This document shows positions 17,915-26,928 of a stretch of 32,000 nt of DNA, piece by piece. The notes under the pieces are model-generated. The model was not told the DNA's origin and ran no database searches. It saw only the letters and a list, made by a program, of their open reading frames with translations. This stretch comes from Candidatus Kuenenia stuttgartensis (GTDB lineage: Bacteria > Planctomycetota > Brocadiia > Brocadiales > Brocadiaceae). The DNA is taken from assembly GCF_900232105.1 (NCBI RefSeq), contig NZ_LT934425.1, forward strand, positions 4,080,001-4,112,000. Direction: 5' to 3'. The translations under genes and the position numbers were made by a program. Position 1 is the stretch's first letter; each line of letters begins with the position of its first letter.

Positions 17915-19486
17915 ATGGATAGAATCTTTATATACGATACAACGTTACGTGACGGAAGCCAGGCAGAAGGGGTCTCCTTCTCGTTACAGGACAAATTAGC
18001 AATAACCGTCAAGTTAGATGAATTAGGCATAGATTTTATAGAAGGCGGATTTCCCATTGCCAATCCGAAGGACGAATCGTACTTTAAAGAAGTAAAATCT
18101 TTATCTTTAAAACATTCCAAAATCGCATCTTTTGGCAGTACAAGAAAAGTTGGGGTGCGCACAGAAGAAGATAAAAATGTGAATGCCCTTCTATTTGCCG
18201 AAACCCCTGTAGTGACTATTGTGGGTAAAAGCTGGGATTTTCAGGTCACTGATGTTTTAAAAACTACGTTAGACGAAAATGTAAAAATGGTAACGGATAC
18301 TATCTTATTTCTTAAATCCAGGAATCGTGAGGTCTTTTTTGATGCGGAACATTTTTTTGACGGATTCAAAAGCAACCGCGGATATGCGTTGAAAGTTATT
18401 AATGAAGCCTGTTCCGCAGGCGCAGACGTAATAGTTTTATGCGATACCAATGGTGGCAGTTTGCCTGACGAGATTGCAACCATTGTTGAAGAAGTCAGAA
18501 AAAACAATAAGTGCATATTAGGTATTCATGCCCACAACGATGGCGACCTTGCAATTGCAAATACCATTATGGCTGTAAACAAAGGGGTGAGGCATGTACA
18601 GGGAACAATCAATGGTATTGGCGAGCGATGTGGCAATGCGGATCTTTGTTCCGTAATCCCTAATCTGGTTTTAAAAATGGGATATCACTGTTTACATAAC
18701 GATGGCCTTCGGAAATTGACGGAAATATCGCGCTACGTTTATGAAACCGCAAATTTATTGTTTCGCACAAATCAACCTTTTGTCGGGTCAAGCGCTTTTG
18801 CGCATAAAGGCGGTTTACATATCAATGCAATTCAAAAAAACAAGGTTACTTACGAACATATCAATCCTGAATCGGTCGGTAACAAAAGGAAAATATTGAT
18901 CTCTGAACTTTCAGGAAGTGCTACAATTCTTTCCAAAACAGAAAAATTTAATTTAACACACGATACCGCTCTTTTAAGGTCGATCCTCGAAGAAGTGCAA
19001 AATCTTGAAAACGAAGGATATCAACTTGAATCAGCGGAAGCCTCCTTTGAATTACTGGTACGAAAGAAAACCGGAAAATATAAACCATTCTTTGAACTTG
19101 AAGGTTTCAGGGTAATTGTCGAAAAAAGAGAAAATGGTTTACCGATAACGGAAGCTACTGTTAAAATAAATGTCAATAACACACAGGAACTCACTGCCAG
19201 TGAAGGATCTGGTCCGGTAAATGCATTAGATACTGCATTACGAAAAGCATTGGAGAGGTTTTATCCCGTTTTAAAGGACATGAAACTTCTCGATTATAAG
19301 GTAAGAGTTATAAATCCCCGCAGTGCAACCGCTGCAAAAGTAAGGGTAATAATAGAATCAAAGGATAAAGAAAACGTCTGGAGTACTGTTGGCGTATCAG
19401 GAAACCTTATTGAAGCAAGCTGGCAAGCGCTTGTCGACAGCATAGAATATAAACTTATTAAAGAATATGAAGCAAAACAACTTTGA
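17915..19486 (+). CDS. cimA: (R)-citramalate synthase / 2-isopropylmalate synthase family (CimA-type)
   Basis: [23 protein letters not shown]... DRE-TIM N-terminus, the HAHND and [13 protein letters not shown] motifs, and a C-terminal LeuA-dimer regulatory domain. Its length and N-terminus resemble the long CimA class. The ATG at 17915 is preferred to the TTG at 17882. Confidence 0.85.
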   Translation: MDRIFIYDTTLRDGSQAEGVSFSLQDKLAITVKLDELGIDFIEGGFPIANPKDESYFKEVKSLSLKHSKIASFGSTRKVGVRTEEDKNVNALLFAETPVVTIVGKSWDFQVTDVLKTTLDENVKMVTDTILFLKSRNREVFFDAEHFFDGFKSNRGYALKVINEACSAGADVIVLCDTNGGSLPDEIATIVEEVRKNNKCILGIHAHNDGDLAIANTIMAVNKGVRHVQGTINGIGERCGNADLCSVIPNLVLKMGYHCLHNDGLRKLTEISRYVYETANLLFRTNQPFVGSSAFAHKGGLHINAIQKNKVTYEHINPESVGNKRKILISELSGSATILSKTEKFNLTHDTALLRSILEEVQNLENEGYQLESAEASFELLVRKKTGKYKPFFELEGFRVIVEKRENGLPITEATVKINVNNTQELTASEGSGPVNALDTALRKALERFYPVLKDMKLLDYKVRVINPRSATAAKVRVIIESKDKENVWSTVGVSGNLIEASWQALVDSIEYKLIKEYEAKQL

Positions 19487-19566
19487 TCCTGCTTTATAAG
19501 GCAAATGCGAAAAAATCCTCACTGCTTTTAAAACAAAGACAACTATTCAATATTTTTGCTACAACT

Positions 19567-22251
19567 ATGGAAAACGATTTACCATCACACTACAGTCCAA
19601 AAGAAGTTGAATATAAATGGTACCGCTTTTGGGAAGAAAGCGGTTTTTTCCACAGTGAACCATCGTCTTCAAAAAAACCCTACACTATTGTTATCCCCCC
19701 CCCGAATGTCACTGGCGTCCTTCACGTGGGCCATGCTCTCAATAATATAATTCAGGATATTTTAATCCGATGGAAAAGAATGCAGGGCTTTAATGTGCTT
19801 TGGATGCCGGGAACAGACCACGCGGGAATTGCAACACAAAATGTAGTTGAACGGGAGCTTTCTTCAAAAAATATTAAACGACAGGATATAGGACGTGAAC
19901 GTTTTATAGAAGAGGTCTGGAAGTGGAAACAGCAATATGGCTCTACTATCATTCAACAATTAAAAAAACTAGGGAGTTCCTGTGACTGGCAGAGAGAGCG
20001 GTTTACCATGGATGAAGGCCTTTCCGATGCAGTAAAAGAAACATTTGTAAGACTTTACCGCAAGGGGCTGATTTATAAAGGCAAGTACATGATAAATTGG
20101 TGCCCAAGATGCCGCACTGCCCTGGCCGATGATGAAGTTGAACATGAAGAACACGAAGGACATCTATGGCATATAAAATATTCTTTTAAAGAAAATCCAC
20201 AACAACATATCGTTGTGGCAACAACAAGGCCAGAAACCATGCTTGGCGACGTTGCCGTGGCTGTCAATCCAAAGGATGACCGCTACAAAGATTTTATAGG
20301 CAAAACCCTCCTGCTGCCTATATTGGGCAGGGAACTGCCAGTGGTGGCAGACGACTTTGTTAGTCCTTCATTCGGTACAGGCGCAGTAAAAGTAACTCCC
20401 GCACATGATCCAAATGACTTTGCAATAGGCATGCGGCATGCCCTGCCTTCAATTGTTGTTATGGACGAAGATGGAACTATGAATATTAATGCGGGAGATT
20501 ACAATGGACAGGATCGTTTTGAGTGCAGAACCGCATTGGTAGAAGATTTAAAATTAAGAAAGCACATCGATAGAATTATCCCTCACAAACATTCCGTAGG
20601 CCACTGTTACCGATGCCAAACCGTCATTGAACCGTATTTTTCGAATCAATGGTTTGTTAAAATGCGCCCTCTTGCAGATGCTGCAATACAAGCGAGTTTA
20701 AACAAATCAGTCACTTTTTACCCGGAACGCTGGGAAAAAGTTTATTTAAGCTGGTTAGATAACGTAAGAGATTGGTGTATATCAAGGCAAATCTGGTGGG
20801 GACACCGCATACCCGCATGGTATTGCTACGACTGTGGTGCTATTTCCGTTTCAACTGGGGATATAAATCAATGCACAAAATGCAGCAGCCCCCGCCTTAA
20901 ACAGGACGAGGATGTTCTTGATACATGGTTTAGTTCGGCGCTTTGGCCTTTTTCAACATTAGGTTGGCCCAAAGAAACTCCGGAATTGGCATATTACTAC
21001 CCAACATCAACCCTTGTCACCGATAGAGGCATTATCTATTTCTGGGTGGCGCGCATGGTTATGATGGGAATTGAGATGGTGAAACAGGTTCCTTTTTCGC
21101 ACGTATATATTCACGGAACAATTCTCGACGAACAGGGAAGAAAAATGAGCAAATCCCTGGGTAATGGCATAGACCCGCTTCTCATGATTGACCGTTATGG
21201 CGCGGACGCCGTGCGTTTCTCAATTATTATTCTTACCACAGAAGGGCAAGACGTCAAACTATCTGAAAGCAAATTCGAGATGGGGAGAAATTTTACCAAT
21301 AAGCTTTGGAATGCGGCTCGCTTCATATTTATGAATCTAAGTGAAGAAAACCCCGAAGAAATAACCTATGATATAACGACACTTCCGTTTGAAGATAAAT
21401 GGATTCATAGCCGTTTAAATACTACAATTGAAGAATGCACTGCTTCTTTAGACCAATATAAATTTAACGATGCTGCAATGAAAATGTACGATTTCACATG
21501 GCATACATTCTGTGACTGGTATTTGGAAATAGTTAAACATCGTTTAAACAACGCTAACAATAGAATCGACAAAAAAAATGCTCAAACAACTCTTGCAATT
21601 ATATTTGGCAAAACGTTACATTTACTGCACCCCTTTATCCCATTTATCACTGAAGAACTATGGAATAATTTAACCCGTATTGCTCAGCATAACAAAATTG
21701 CACTTCAAATTGGTGGGACAGGTAGTTCTCTTGTAACAAGCCGGTGTCCAATATTCAGTAAACAATTTGCAGATGATACTTCTGAACACATTATGCCTGT
21801 CCTGCAGGACATAATAAGAGCTATCAGAAATATACGCAGCAAAATGGATATTAAGGATAAGCAAAGATTAAAGGCAGTAATTTCTTACCCCCGGGATTTT
21901 GTATACGGTTTGCATGAACATACAAATATGTTAAAGAGAATGGCGAATCTTGAAGAATTGGATATGGGGATTGAATTGCAGAAACCAAGCCATTCTGCAA
22001 GTGAAGTAATTGGAAATCTTCAGGTCTTCGTATTACTTGCCGGCATATTGGACCCGCTTGCAGAAAAAGACCGGCAGTTAAAGCACTTGAAACAATTGGA
22101 AAACCATCTGACCATTATACGCCGTAAACTTAATAATGAAAATTTTGTAGCAAAAGCACCACCGCAAATCGTCGAAACAGAACGGAAAAAAGAAGATGAT
22201 CTACAAGTGCAAATAGAAAAAGTTAAACACATTTTATTAAATATTGGATAA
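19567..22251 (+). CDS. valS: Valine--tRNA ligase
   Basis: HIGH (LHVGHALN) and KMSKS motifs, Zn-type CPRC in the editing/CP1 region, and a C-terminal coiled coil. The ATG at 19567 (MENDLPSHYSPKEVE...) is preferred to the ORF-track start at 19483. Confidence 0.97.
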   Translation: MENDLPSHYSPKEVEYKWYRFWEESGFFHSEPSSSKKPYTIVIPPPNVTGVLHVGHALNNIIQDILIRWKRMQGFNVLWMPGTDHAGIATQNVVERELSSKNIKRQDIGRERFIEEVWKWKQQYGSTIIQQLKKLGSSCDWQRERFTMDEGLSDAVKETFVRLYRKGLIYKGKYMINWCPRCRTALADDEVEHEEHEGHLWHIKYSFKENPQQHIVVATTRPETMLGDVAVAVNPKDDRYKDFIGKTLLLPILGRELPVVADDFVSPSFGTGAVKVTPAHDPNDFAIGMRHALPSIVVMDEDGTMNINAGDYNGQDRFECRTALVEDLKLRKHIDRIIPHKHSVGHCYRCQTVIEPYFSNQWFVKMRPLADAAIQASLNKSVTFYPERWEKVYLSWLDNVRDWCISRQIWWGHRIPAWYCYDCGAISVSTGDINQCTKCSSPRLKQDEDVLDTWFSSALWPFSTLGWPKETPELAYYYPTSTLVTDRGIIYFWVARMVMMGIEMVKQVPFSHVYIHGTILDEQGRKMSKSLGNGIDPLLMIDRYGADAVRFSIIILTTEGQDVKLSESKFEMGRNFTNKLWNAARFIFMNLSEENPEEITYDITTLPFEDKWIHSRLNTTIEECTASLDQYKFNDAAMKMYDFTWHTFCDWYLEIVKHRLNNANNRIDKKNAQTTLAIIFGKTLHLLHPFIPFITEELWNNLTRIAQHNKIALQIGGTGSSLVTSRCPIFSKQFADDTSEHIMPVLQDIIRAIRNIRSKMDIKDKQRLKAVISYPRDFVYGLHEHTNMLKRMANLEELDMGIELQKPSHSASEVIGNLQVFVLLAGILDPLAEKDRQLKHLKQLENHLTIIRRKLNNENFVAKAPPQIVETERKKEDDLQVQIEKVKHILLNIG

Positions 22252-22255
22252 CAAA

Positions 22256-23686
22256 ATGAAACAAAAATATGCGCCTTTCACCACGACAACAATTAAATTT
22301 TTAAAACTTTTATTAAAAAGAAAACATTGGTTTTTTGTAGTACCTTTCTTTTTGCTATGGTTAAATTTTGTTGCTCTTAAAGCAGATGAACAAATTTTGA
22401 ATGCAACTATTAAAATGTGCCCGAAATGCAATGAACTTTACCAAAACAACGAAAAGTTTTGCGGGAAAGACGGGACCGTATTGTCAGATACTAACGGCAA
22501 GTTAGTATGTCCTGTTTGTAAAAAAGAGGGCTCTGGCAATGAAAAATTTTGTGTTGAACATGGAGAAAAGTTAATACCCATAGAAAGACTCTCTGCGGGA
22601 AAAGACCCCGCTGATTTAGAGCGTAACATGTCTCTCGCTGCTAAATATTATCAGGAAGGAAATACGCATTGTGACAACGAATCGTATGATTTAGCTTTAA
22701 AATCTTATCTGAAAGCGGAAGAAGTTTATCCCGATCTTCCCGGGCTGCATTATAATATGGGGTGGCTCTATAGTAAACTAGGAGATGTGGACAGTGCCGT
22801 TGACCACTTGCAAAAATATATCATTCTCGCTCCTGACAGTAAAGACATTACTGAAGTACGGAGTTACATCGCATTATTAAAACAAGCTCACCAGAAAAAA
22901 ATTGAAGTTATTGAAAAGTACAAATCGCGAGACGAGGCAATGGAAAAGGCGCTTGAAATTCAAAACAAAAAACATGATACCGTTTTGATACCGGCTGGCA
23001 AATTCAGTATGGGGACAAATGAAGCACGCGATGTTTCTCAACCTGAGCATGTCGTATATTTGGATGCGTATGAAATAGATCGTTACGAAATTACAAATGC
23101 ACAATACTGGGAATTTGTAAAATACATAGAAGAGACAAATGACCATAGCAAATGTTTCAAGGATGAACCAATCGGTAAAGACCACAAACCCAGATATTGG
23201 GAAGATGAATATTACAATGTGCCGGATTACCCGGTGGCAAGAGTTGATTGGTATGATGCTTATGCCTATGCCGCGTGGAAGGGGAAGAGACTGCCCACTG
23301 AAGCTGAATGGGAAAAGGCTGCGAGGGGATTGGATGTAAGGGCATTCCCATGGGGTAATGAATGGGATCACACAAGATGCAACCTGAGCGGAGAACCCAT
23401 GCCTGTTGGAAGCGTTGAATCCGGCAAAAGCATGTATGGTTGCTATGACATGAGCGGAAGCGTATTCGAATGGTGTAATGATTGGTTTTCTAGCACGTAT
23501 TATCAATATTCTCCTTCAATTAATCCGACAGGCCCGGAAAAAGGTGAGCGGAAACTTATTCGTGGTGGCTCACGATTTTCAAGACCTTTTCAAGTCCGTG
23601 TTACAGAAAGAAAATCAGAACGGCCTGATTTATTCAATATGGCAATAGGATTTAGATGTGCAAAAGACGTCGAGGTTAAAGAGTAA
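22256..23686 (+). CDS. Membrane-anchored protein: double zinc-ribbon + TPR + FGE-sulfatase (SUMF1/EgtB/PvdO-type) domain
   Basis: N-terminal hydrophobic anchor (HWFFVVPFFLLWLNFVAL). Two CxxC...FCxxxG ribbons (CPKC...FCGKDG; CPVC...FCVEHG). TPR-like repeats (...ALKSYLKAEEVYPDLPGLHYNMGWLYSKLGD...). FGE-domain blocks (IPAGKFSMGT, YPVARVDWYDAYAYAAWKGKRLPTEAEWEKAARG, RGGS, FRCAKD). Confidence 0.8.
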   Translation: MKQKYAPFTTTTIKFLKLLLKRKHWFFVVPFFLLWLNFVALKADEQILNATIKMCPKCNELYQNNEKFCGKDGTVLSDTNGKLVCPVCKKEGSGNEKFCVEHGEKLIPIERLSAGKDPADLERNMSLAAKYYQEGNTHCDNESYDLALKSYLKAEEVYPDLPGLHYNMGWLYSKLGDVDSAVDHLQKYIILAPDSKDITEVRSYIALLKQAHQKKIEVIEKYKSRDEAMEKALEIQNKKHDTVLIPAGKFSMGTNEARDVSQPEHVVYLDAYEIDRYEITNAQYWEFVKYIEETNDHSKCFKDEPIGKDHKPRYWEDEYYNVPDYPVARVDWYDAYAYAAWKGKRLPTEAEWEKAARGLDVRAFPWGNEWDHTRCNLSGEPMPVGSVESGKSMYGCYDMSGSVFEWCNDWFSSTYYQYSPSINPTGPEKGERKLIRGGSRFSRPFQVRVTERKSERPDLFNMAIGFRCAKDVEVKE

Positions 23687-23694
23687 AAATAATA

Positions 23695-25421
23695 TGTTAC
23701 CTAAATCCTGCAAACAAGGCAAAGCCTTGTTGCAGGAATAGGATTGAAATGGTAGGATTTCCAAGGTATTCGGCGGTATATTGATAACAAAAAACACCTG
23801 AAAGGAGATTCACCATTTCGATGAAGAATATAGCAAAAAAATACAGCAAAAGACAACCGAAAATCAAGGCAGAGATGAGCGGGAAAGGCTTAACGGTACA
23901 TGCAGGGCTTTTACCGGTATTGAATTTTATGGGTAAGCTGATGTTCCGGGAGAGAGTCCATGAAGCGGTCCATAAGGATCGTGGAGCAAATGCCCGGTAT
24001 CAGTTTGTCGATGCGGTACAAATGGTAGTGATAGGGTTGATAGCAGGGGCGACATCGATGGTAGAGGTGATGAAGGTGTGTACAGATGAGGTATTGAAGA
24101 AGATGTCCGGGTGGAAAGAGGTACCTGTAGATACTACGATAGGACGTATTATGAAGCTGGCGAGTCAGGGAGATATAGTGGAACTGACGGGGGTGATCCA
24201 CCGGTTTAGGGGAAAGATATGGAAGCGTGCGGTGAGATCAGGCCATAAACTCAGGAGTGCTCTTTGCGAAGTATGGATAGATGTTGATTCTACCGTAGAT
24301 GGTGTATATGGGAAACAGGAGGGTGCAGAGGTAGGATATAATCCGCACAAGAAGGGGCAGAAGGCGTATCATCCCTTAATGGCATTTATTGCAGAAACAA
24401 AGGAGGTATTACATAGTTGGTTCCGCTGTGGAAGCGCCTACACGAGTAACGGAGTAGTAGAGTTCATGAAGGAATGTATGGCGTACATGAATAAGGGGGT
24501 AAGGGTGGTATTTCGGGGAGACAGCGGTTTTTTTACCGGAGAATTACTTGAATACCTTGAGTCAATATTGGCGGGATATCTGATTAAGGTAAAGCTGAAG
24601 AATCTGGAAGGATTGCTTGAAGGGCAGAAATGGAATGAGGTGAAAGGGGAGCCAGGATGGGAACAGGCTGAATTTTGGTATCGATGTGCAGGGTGGGATC
24701 GTGCGAGACGTTTTGTGGCAGTGCGGCAATTGGTCAAAAGAGAAAAGAAATTAGTAGAAGTGTCCGTGTATGAGTATTTTTGTTACGTTACAACGGAGCG
24801 GTTAAGTCCGATGGAAGCGCATCGTTGTTATGGAAAGAGGGCTACCTGCGAGACTTTGATAGAAGAGAGTAAAGGACAGATGAATGCGGGGCACATACGT
24901 ACGGGTGAATTTTTGGCCAATGCTGCGCTATTTCAGTGTGCGGTGTTAGCGTATAATCTTTTGAAGTGGATGGGATTGCTCAGTGGTGGAGTGATACAAC
25001 AGTGGGAAGTAAAGACGATGAGACTGTGGTTAATCCGTGTGGCAGGGAAACTGGTGGAGAGAAGCCGGCAGATGACATTAAAATTGCCGGAGAAATTTCT
25101 CCATCAGGAGGAATGGGAAAAGTGGGAACGCATGTCACTGGATGTAGTTTTTCAGTAGAAAACCGACGTTGTATTTCGTTTTTTTAGTCTTTTGAGAGTG
25201 GTAAGTATACCGCAGATGGAGACAGTACATCCCTATCTTGATTTTCATTGCATCAGAGAGCACGTTTCCGACAATTTCCCATGTCTTTTTGTTTAAAGTA
25301 GTACAATAGCGCTACCACAATTGCTAAAAAACGGATATCTGTTATCGCTTTTTGCCAATCTTGGTAGTGGAAAATACTGATTTTCGCATTGCGAAAATCG
25401 TTTGCAGGATTTAGGTGTAAT
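23695..25421 (+). mobile_element. IS1380-family insertion sequence, copy 1 (intact)
   Basis: A 1727-bp block, identical apart from 1 SNP and 1 indel to 26929-28654 in inverted orientation. The inverted-repeat core CCTAAATCCTGCAAAC sits at 23700-23715 and, reverse-complemented, at 25400-25415. The CC-initiated IR resembles the ISEcp1-type IR (CCTAGATTCTAC...). Subterminal hairpins occur at both ends. Confidence 0.85.
23821..25158 (+). CDS. IS1380-family DDE transposase
   Basis: 445 aa. Candidate DDE triad in WIDVDST, FRGDSGFF and TLIEESKGQ. The N-terminus (...GLTVHAGLLPVLNFM) is typical of IS1380/ISEcp1-like transposases. Confidence 0.85.
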   Translation: MKNIAKKYSKRQPKIKAEMSGKGLTVHAGLLPVLNFMGKLMFRERVHEAVHKDRGANARYQFVDAVQMVVIGLIAGATSMVEVMKVCTDEVLKKMSGWKEVPVDTTIGRIMKLASQGDIVELTGVIHRFRGKIWKRAVRSGHKLRSALCEVWIDVDSTVDGVYGKQEGAEVGYNPHKKGQKAYHPLMAFIAETKEVLHSWFRCGSAYTSNGVVEFMKECMAYMNKGVRVVFRGDSGFFTGELLEYLESILAGYLIKVKLKNLEGLLEGQKWNEVKGEPGWEQAEFWYRCAGWDRARRFVAVRQLVKREKKLVEVSVYEYFCYVTTERLSPMEAHRCYGKRATCETLIEESKGQMNAGHIRTGEFLANAALFQCAVLAYNLLKWMGLLSGGVIQQWEVKTMRLWLIRVAGKLVERSRQMTLKLPEKFLHQEEWEKWERMSLDVVFQ

Positions 25422-25631
25422 TATTAAACGCACATTCTCAAACGCCCAGACTTGGGTTAATGAGCCTTGTAGTAACAAAAATCACGATAAATCTTCGCAT
25501 ATAGCATGGGTTAAGACGAATAAATCGTTTCATTCTAAAATCTTGAAATACCTAAACTGGTTGGTTAATCAAAACCAAACAAGCAGAAAACATGAATGGG
25601 TGGAACAACAGACTTCACAAATTAAAAAAAA

Positions 25632-25785
25632 TGTAACACTTTATTTTTTTGAAAAATTCCAATAATAACATTGTTTTGCCGCACGGTGTAGGGAGCGAAG
25701 CATTTGCATGTTTGGGCATGAACGCAGGTATTCCAGTTATCGCAAATACTTTGCCCCTACGGTCTCAAAAAACTGAAGTGTTACA
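25632..25785. repeat. 154-nt imperfect palindrome (MITE-like / structured element) bounded by inverted copies of the 21-nt TGTAACAC motif
   Basis: Outer arms 25632-25652 and 25765-25785 match as complements at 19/21 positions. The inner arms are GTAGGGAGCGAAGCATTTGC (25688-25707) and GCAAATACTTTGCCCCTAC (25742-25760), with one bulge and two mismatches. Confidence 0.7.
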
Positions 25786-25811
25786 AAAAAATTAGTATTT
25801 CAGATTTCACC

Positions 25812-25879
25812 TTAAATATTTTGCCAAAAAGCACGCACTGACGAATGGAAGTGTGCTAAAAAATTACTGATAAGGTACT
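25812..25879 (+). repeat. Two-box intergenic element, copy 2 (upstream of the agmatinase-like gene)
   Basis: TTAAATATTTTGCC (25812-25825) and AAATTACTGATAAGGTACT (25861-25879), identical to 14753-14766 and 14780-14798. The 35-nt spacer contains a small imperfect hairpin (AGCACGC...GTGTGCT). Confidence 0.8.
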
Positions 25880-25928
25880 TCGACGTTACATTTTCACTAT
25901 TAGCGTAACTGAAATATAATCATAGAAC

Positions 25929-26852
25929 ATGTTAAAAAAATTAAGAGATTCTGTTTTGTCTTCTGTTCAATTTGGCGCGTTTTGCTACAATTTCAAATCT
26001 GAACTTGAAGCATACAATAAATCAAAAGTTATTCTATTTGGGGTGCCCTACGATGGAACCGTTTCATATCAATCCGGCACAAAAAAAGGACCAAATGCTA
26101 TATTAGATGCATCTGTTAATATCGAACCATACGATGATGAATTGGGAAATATTTTTAAAATCGGAATCTTTACGGTAGGCAATTTAAATATTGAAGAATT
26201 TTACACCAATGAAAAAAAAGTTATGGAAGAAATATTTACTTGCAGTAGAAAGGTGATAGATGATAATAAGTTTTTGGTGACCTTGGGTGGTGAGCATTCA
26301 ATATCCCAAGGTGCGATAAAAGCATATAAAAATAAATATAAAAAATTATCTGTACTTCAGTTAGATGCTCATTTAGATTTATTAAATGAGTTTGGCGGCA
26401 GCAAATATAATCATGCGAGTGTAATGAGAAGAGTTGTTGAAGATATAGGCTGCAGAGTAACAAGTTTTGGTGTCAGGGTAACTTCTCAGGAAGAATTGGA
26501 ATTTGTGAAAAAAAATAAAAAATCTGTGTCGGTATTTTATGCCAGGAATATTTACAACAATGATTTATGGCATGATGAAGCATTGAAAACTTTAGAAGAA
26601 AATGTCTATATAACTTTAGATGTTGATGGTTTAGATATTTCTATAATGCCTGCTACCGGTACACCCGTTCCAGGGGGGATTGGGTGGTATCAGACAATAG
26701 ATTTTTTGAGGAAAGTTTATGAGAAGAAAAATGTTGTTGGATTCGATATTGTAGAGTTAAAACCAAACATAGGGAATGAAGCTCCAAATTTTTTAGCAGC
26801 GAATCTTGTTTACAAAAATATTGGTTTTTACAAAAAATATTCCAGACAATAA
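25929..26852 (+). CDS. speB: Agmatinase-like ureohydrolase (arginase family)
   Basis: 307 aa with the full Mn-ligand set: GGEHSIS, LDAHLDL, TLDVDGLD...PATGTP, GFDIVELKP. The N-terminal GVPYDGTVSYQSGTKKGPNAI block is agmatinase-like. Substrate cannot be fixed from sequence alone. Confidence 0.75.
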   Translation: MLKKLRDSVLSSVQFGAFCYNFKSELEAYNKSKVILFGVPYDGTVSYQSGTKKGPNAILDASVNIEPYDDELGNIFKIGIFTVGNLNIEEFYTNEKKVMEEIFTCSRKVIDDNKFLVTLGGEHSISQGAIKAYKNKYKKLSVLQLDAHLDLLNEFGGSKYNHASVMRRVVEDIGCRVTSFGVRVTSQEELEFVKKNKKSVSVFYARNIYNNDLWHDEALKTLEENVYITLDVDGLDISIMPATGTPVPGGIGWYQTIDFLRKVYEKKNVVGFDIVELKPNIGNEAPNFLAANLVYKNIGFYKKYSRQ

Positions 26853-26928
26853 AATGACAAGACAGTGCCAATAAATAAAGGTATTACGATTTTACCCACT
26901 TGAAACTAGAAAGAGCCAAAAATATATT

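Noticed and set aside
25402-25665. 87-aa ORF starting inside IS copy 1 and reading out across its IRR end
   Set aside because: It crosses the IS boundary, has low-complexity Asn/Lys/Gln-rich composition and no SD, and runs into the palindromic repeat. It is most likely a chance ORF in AT-rich DNA.
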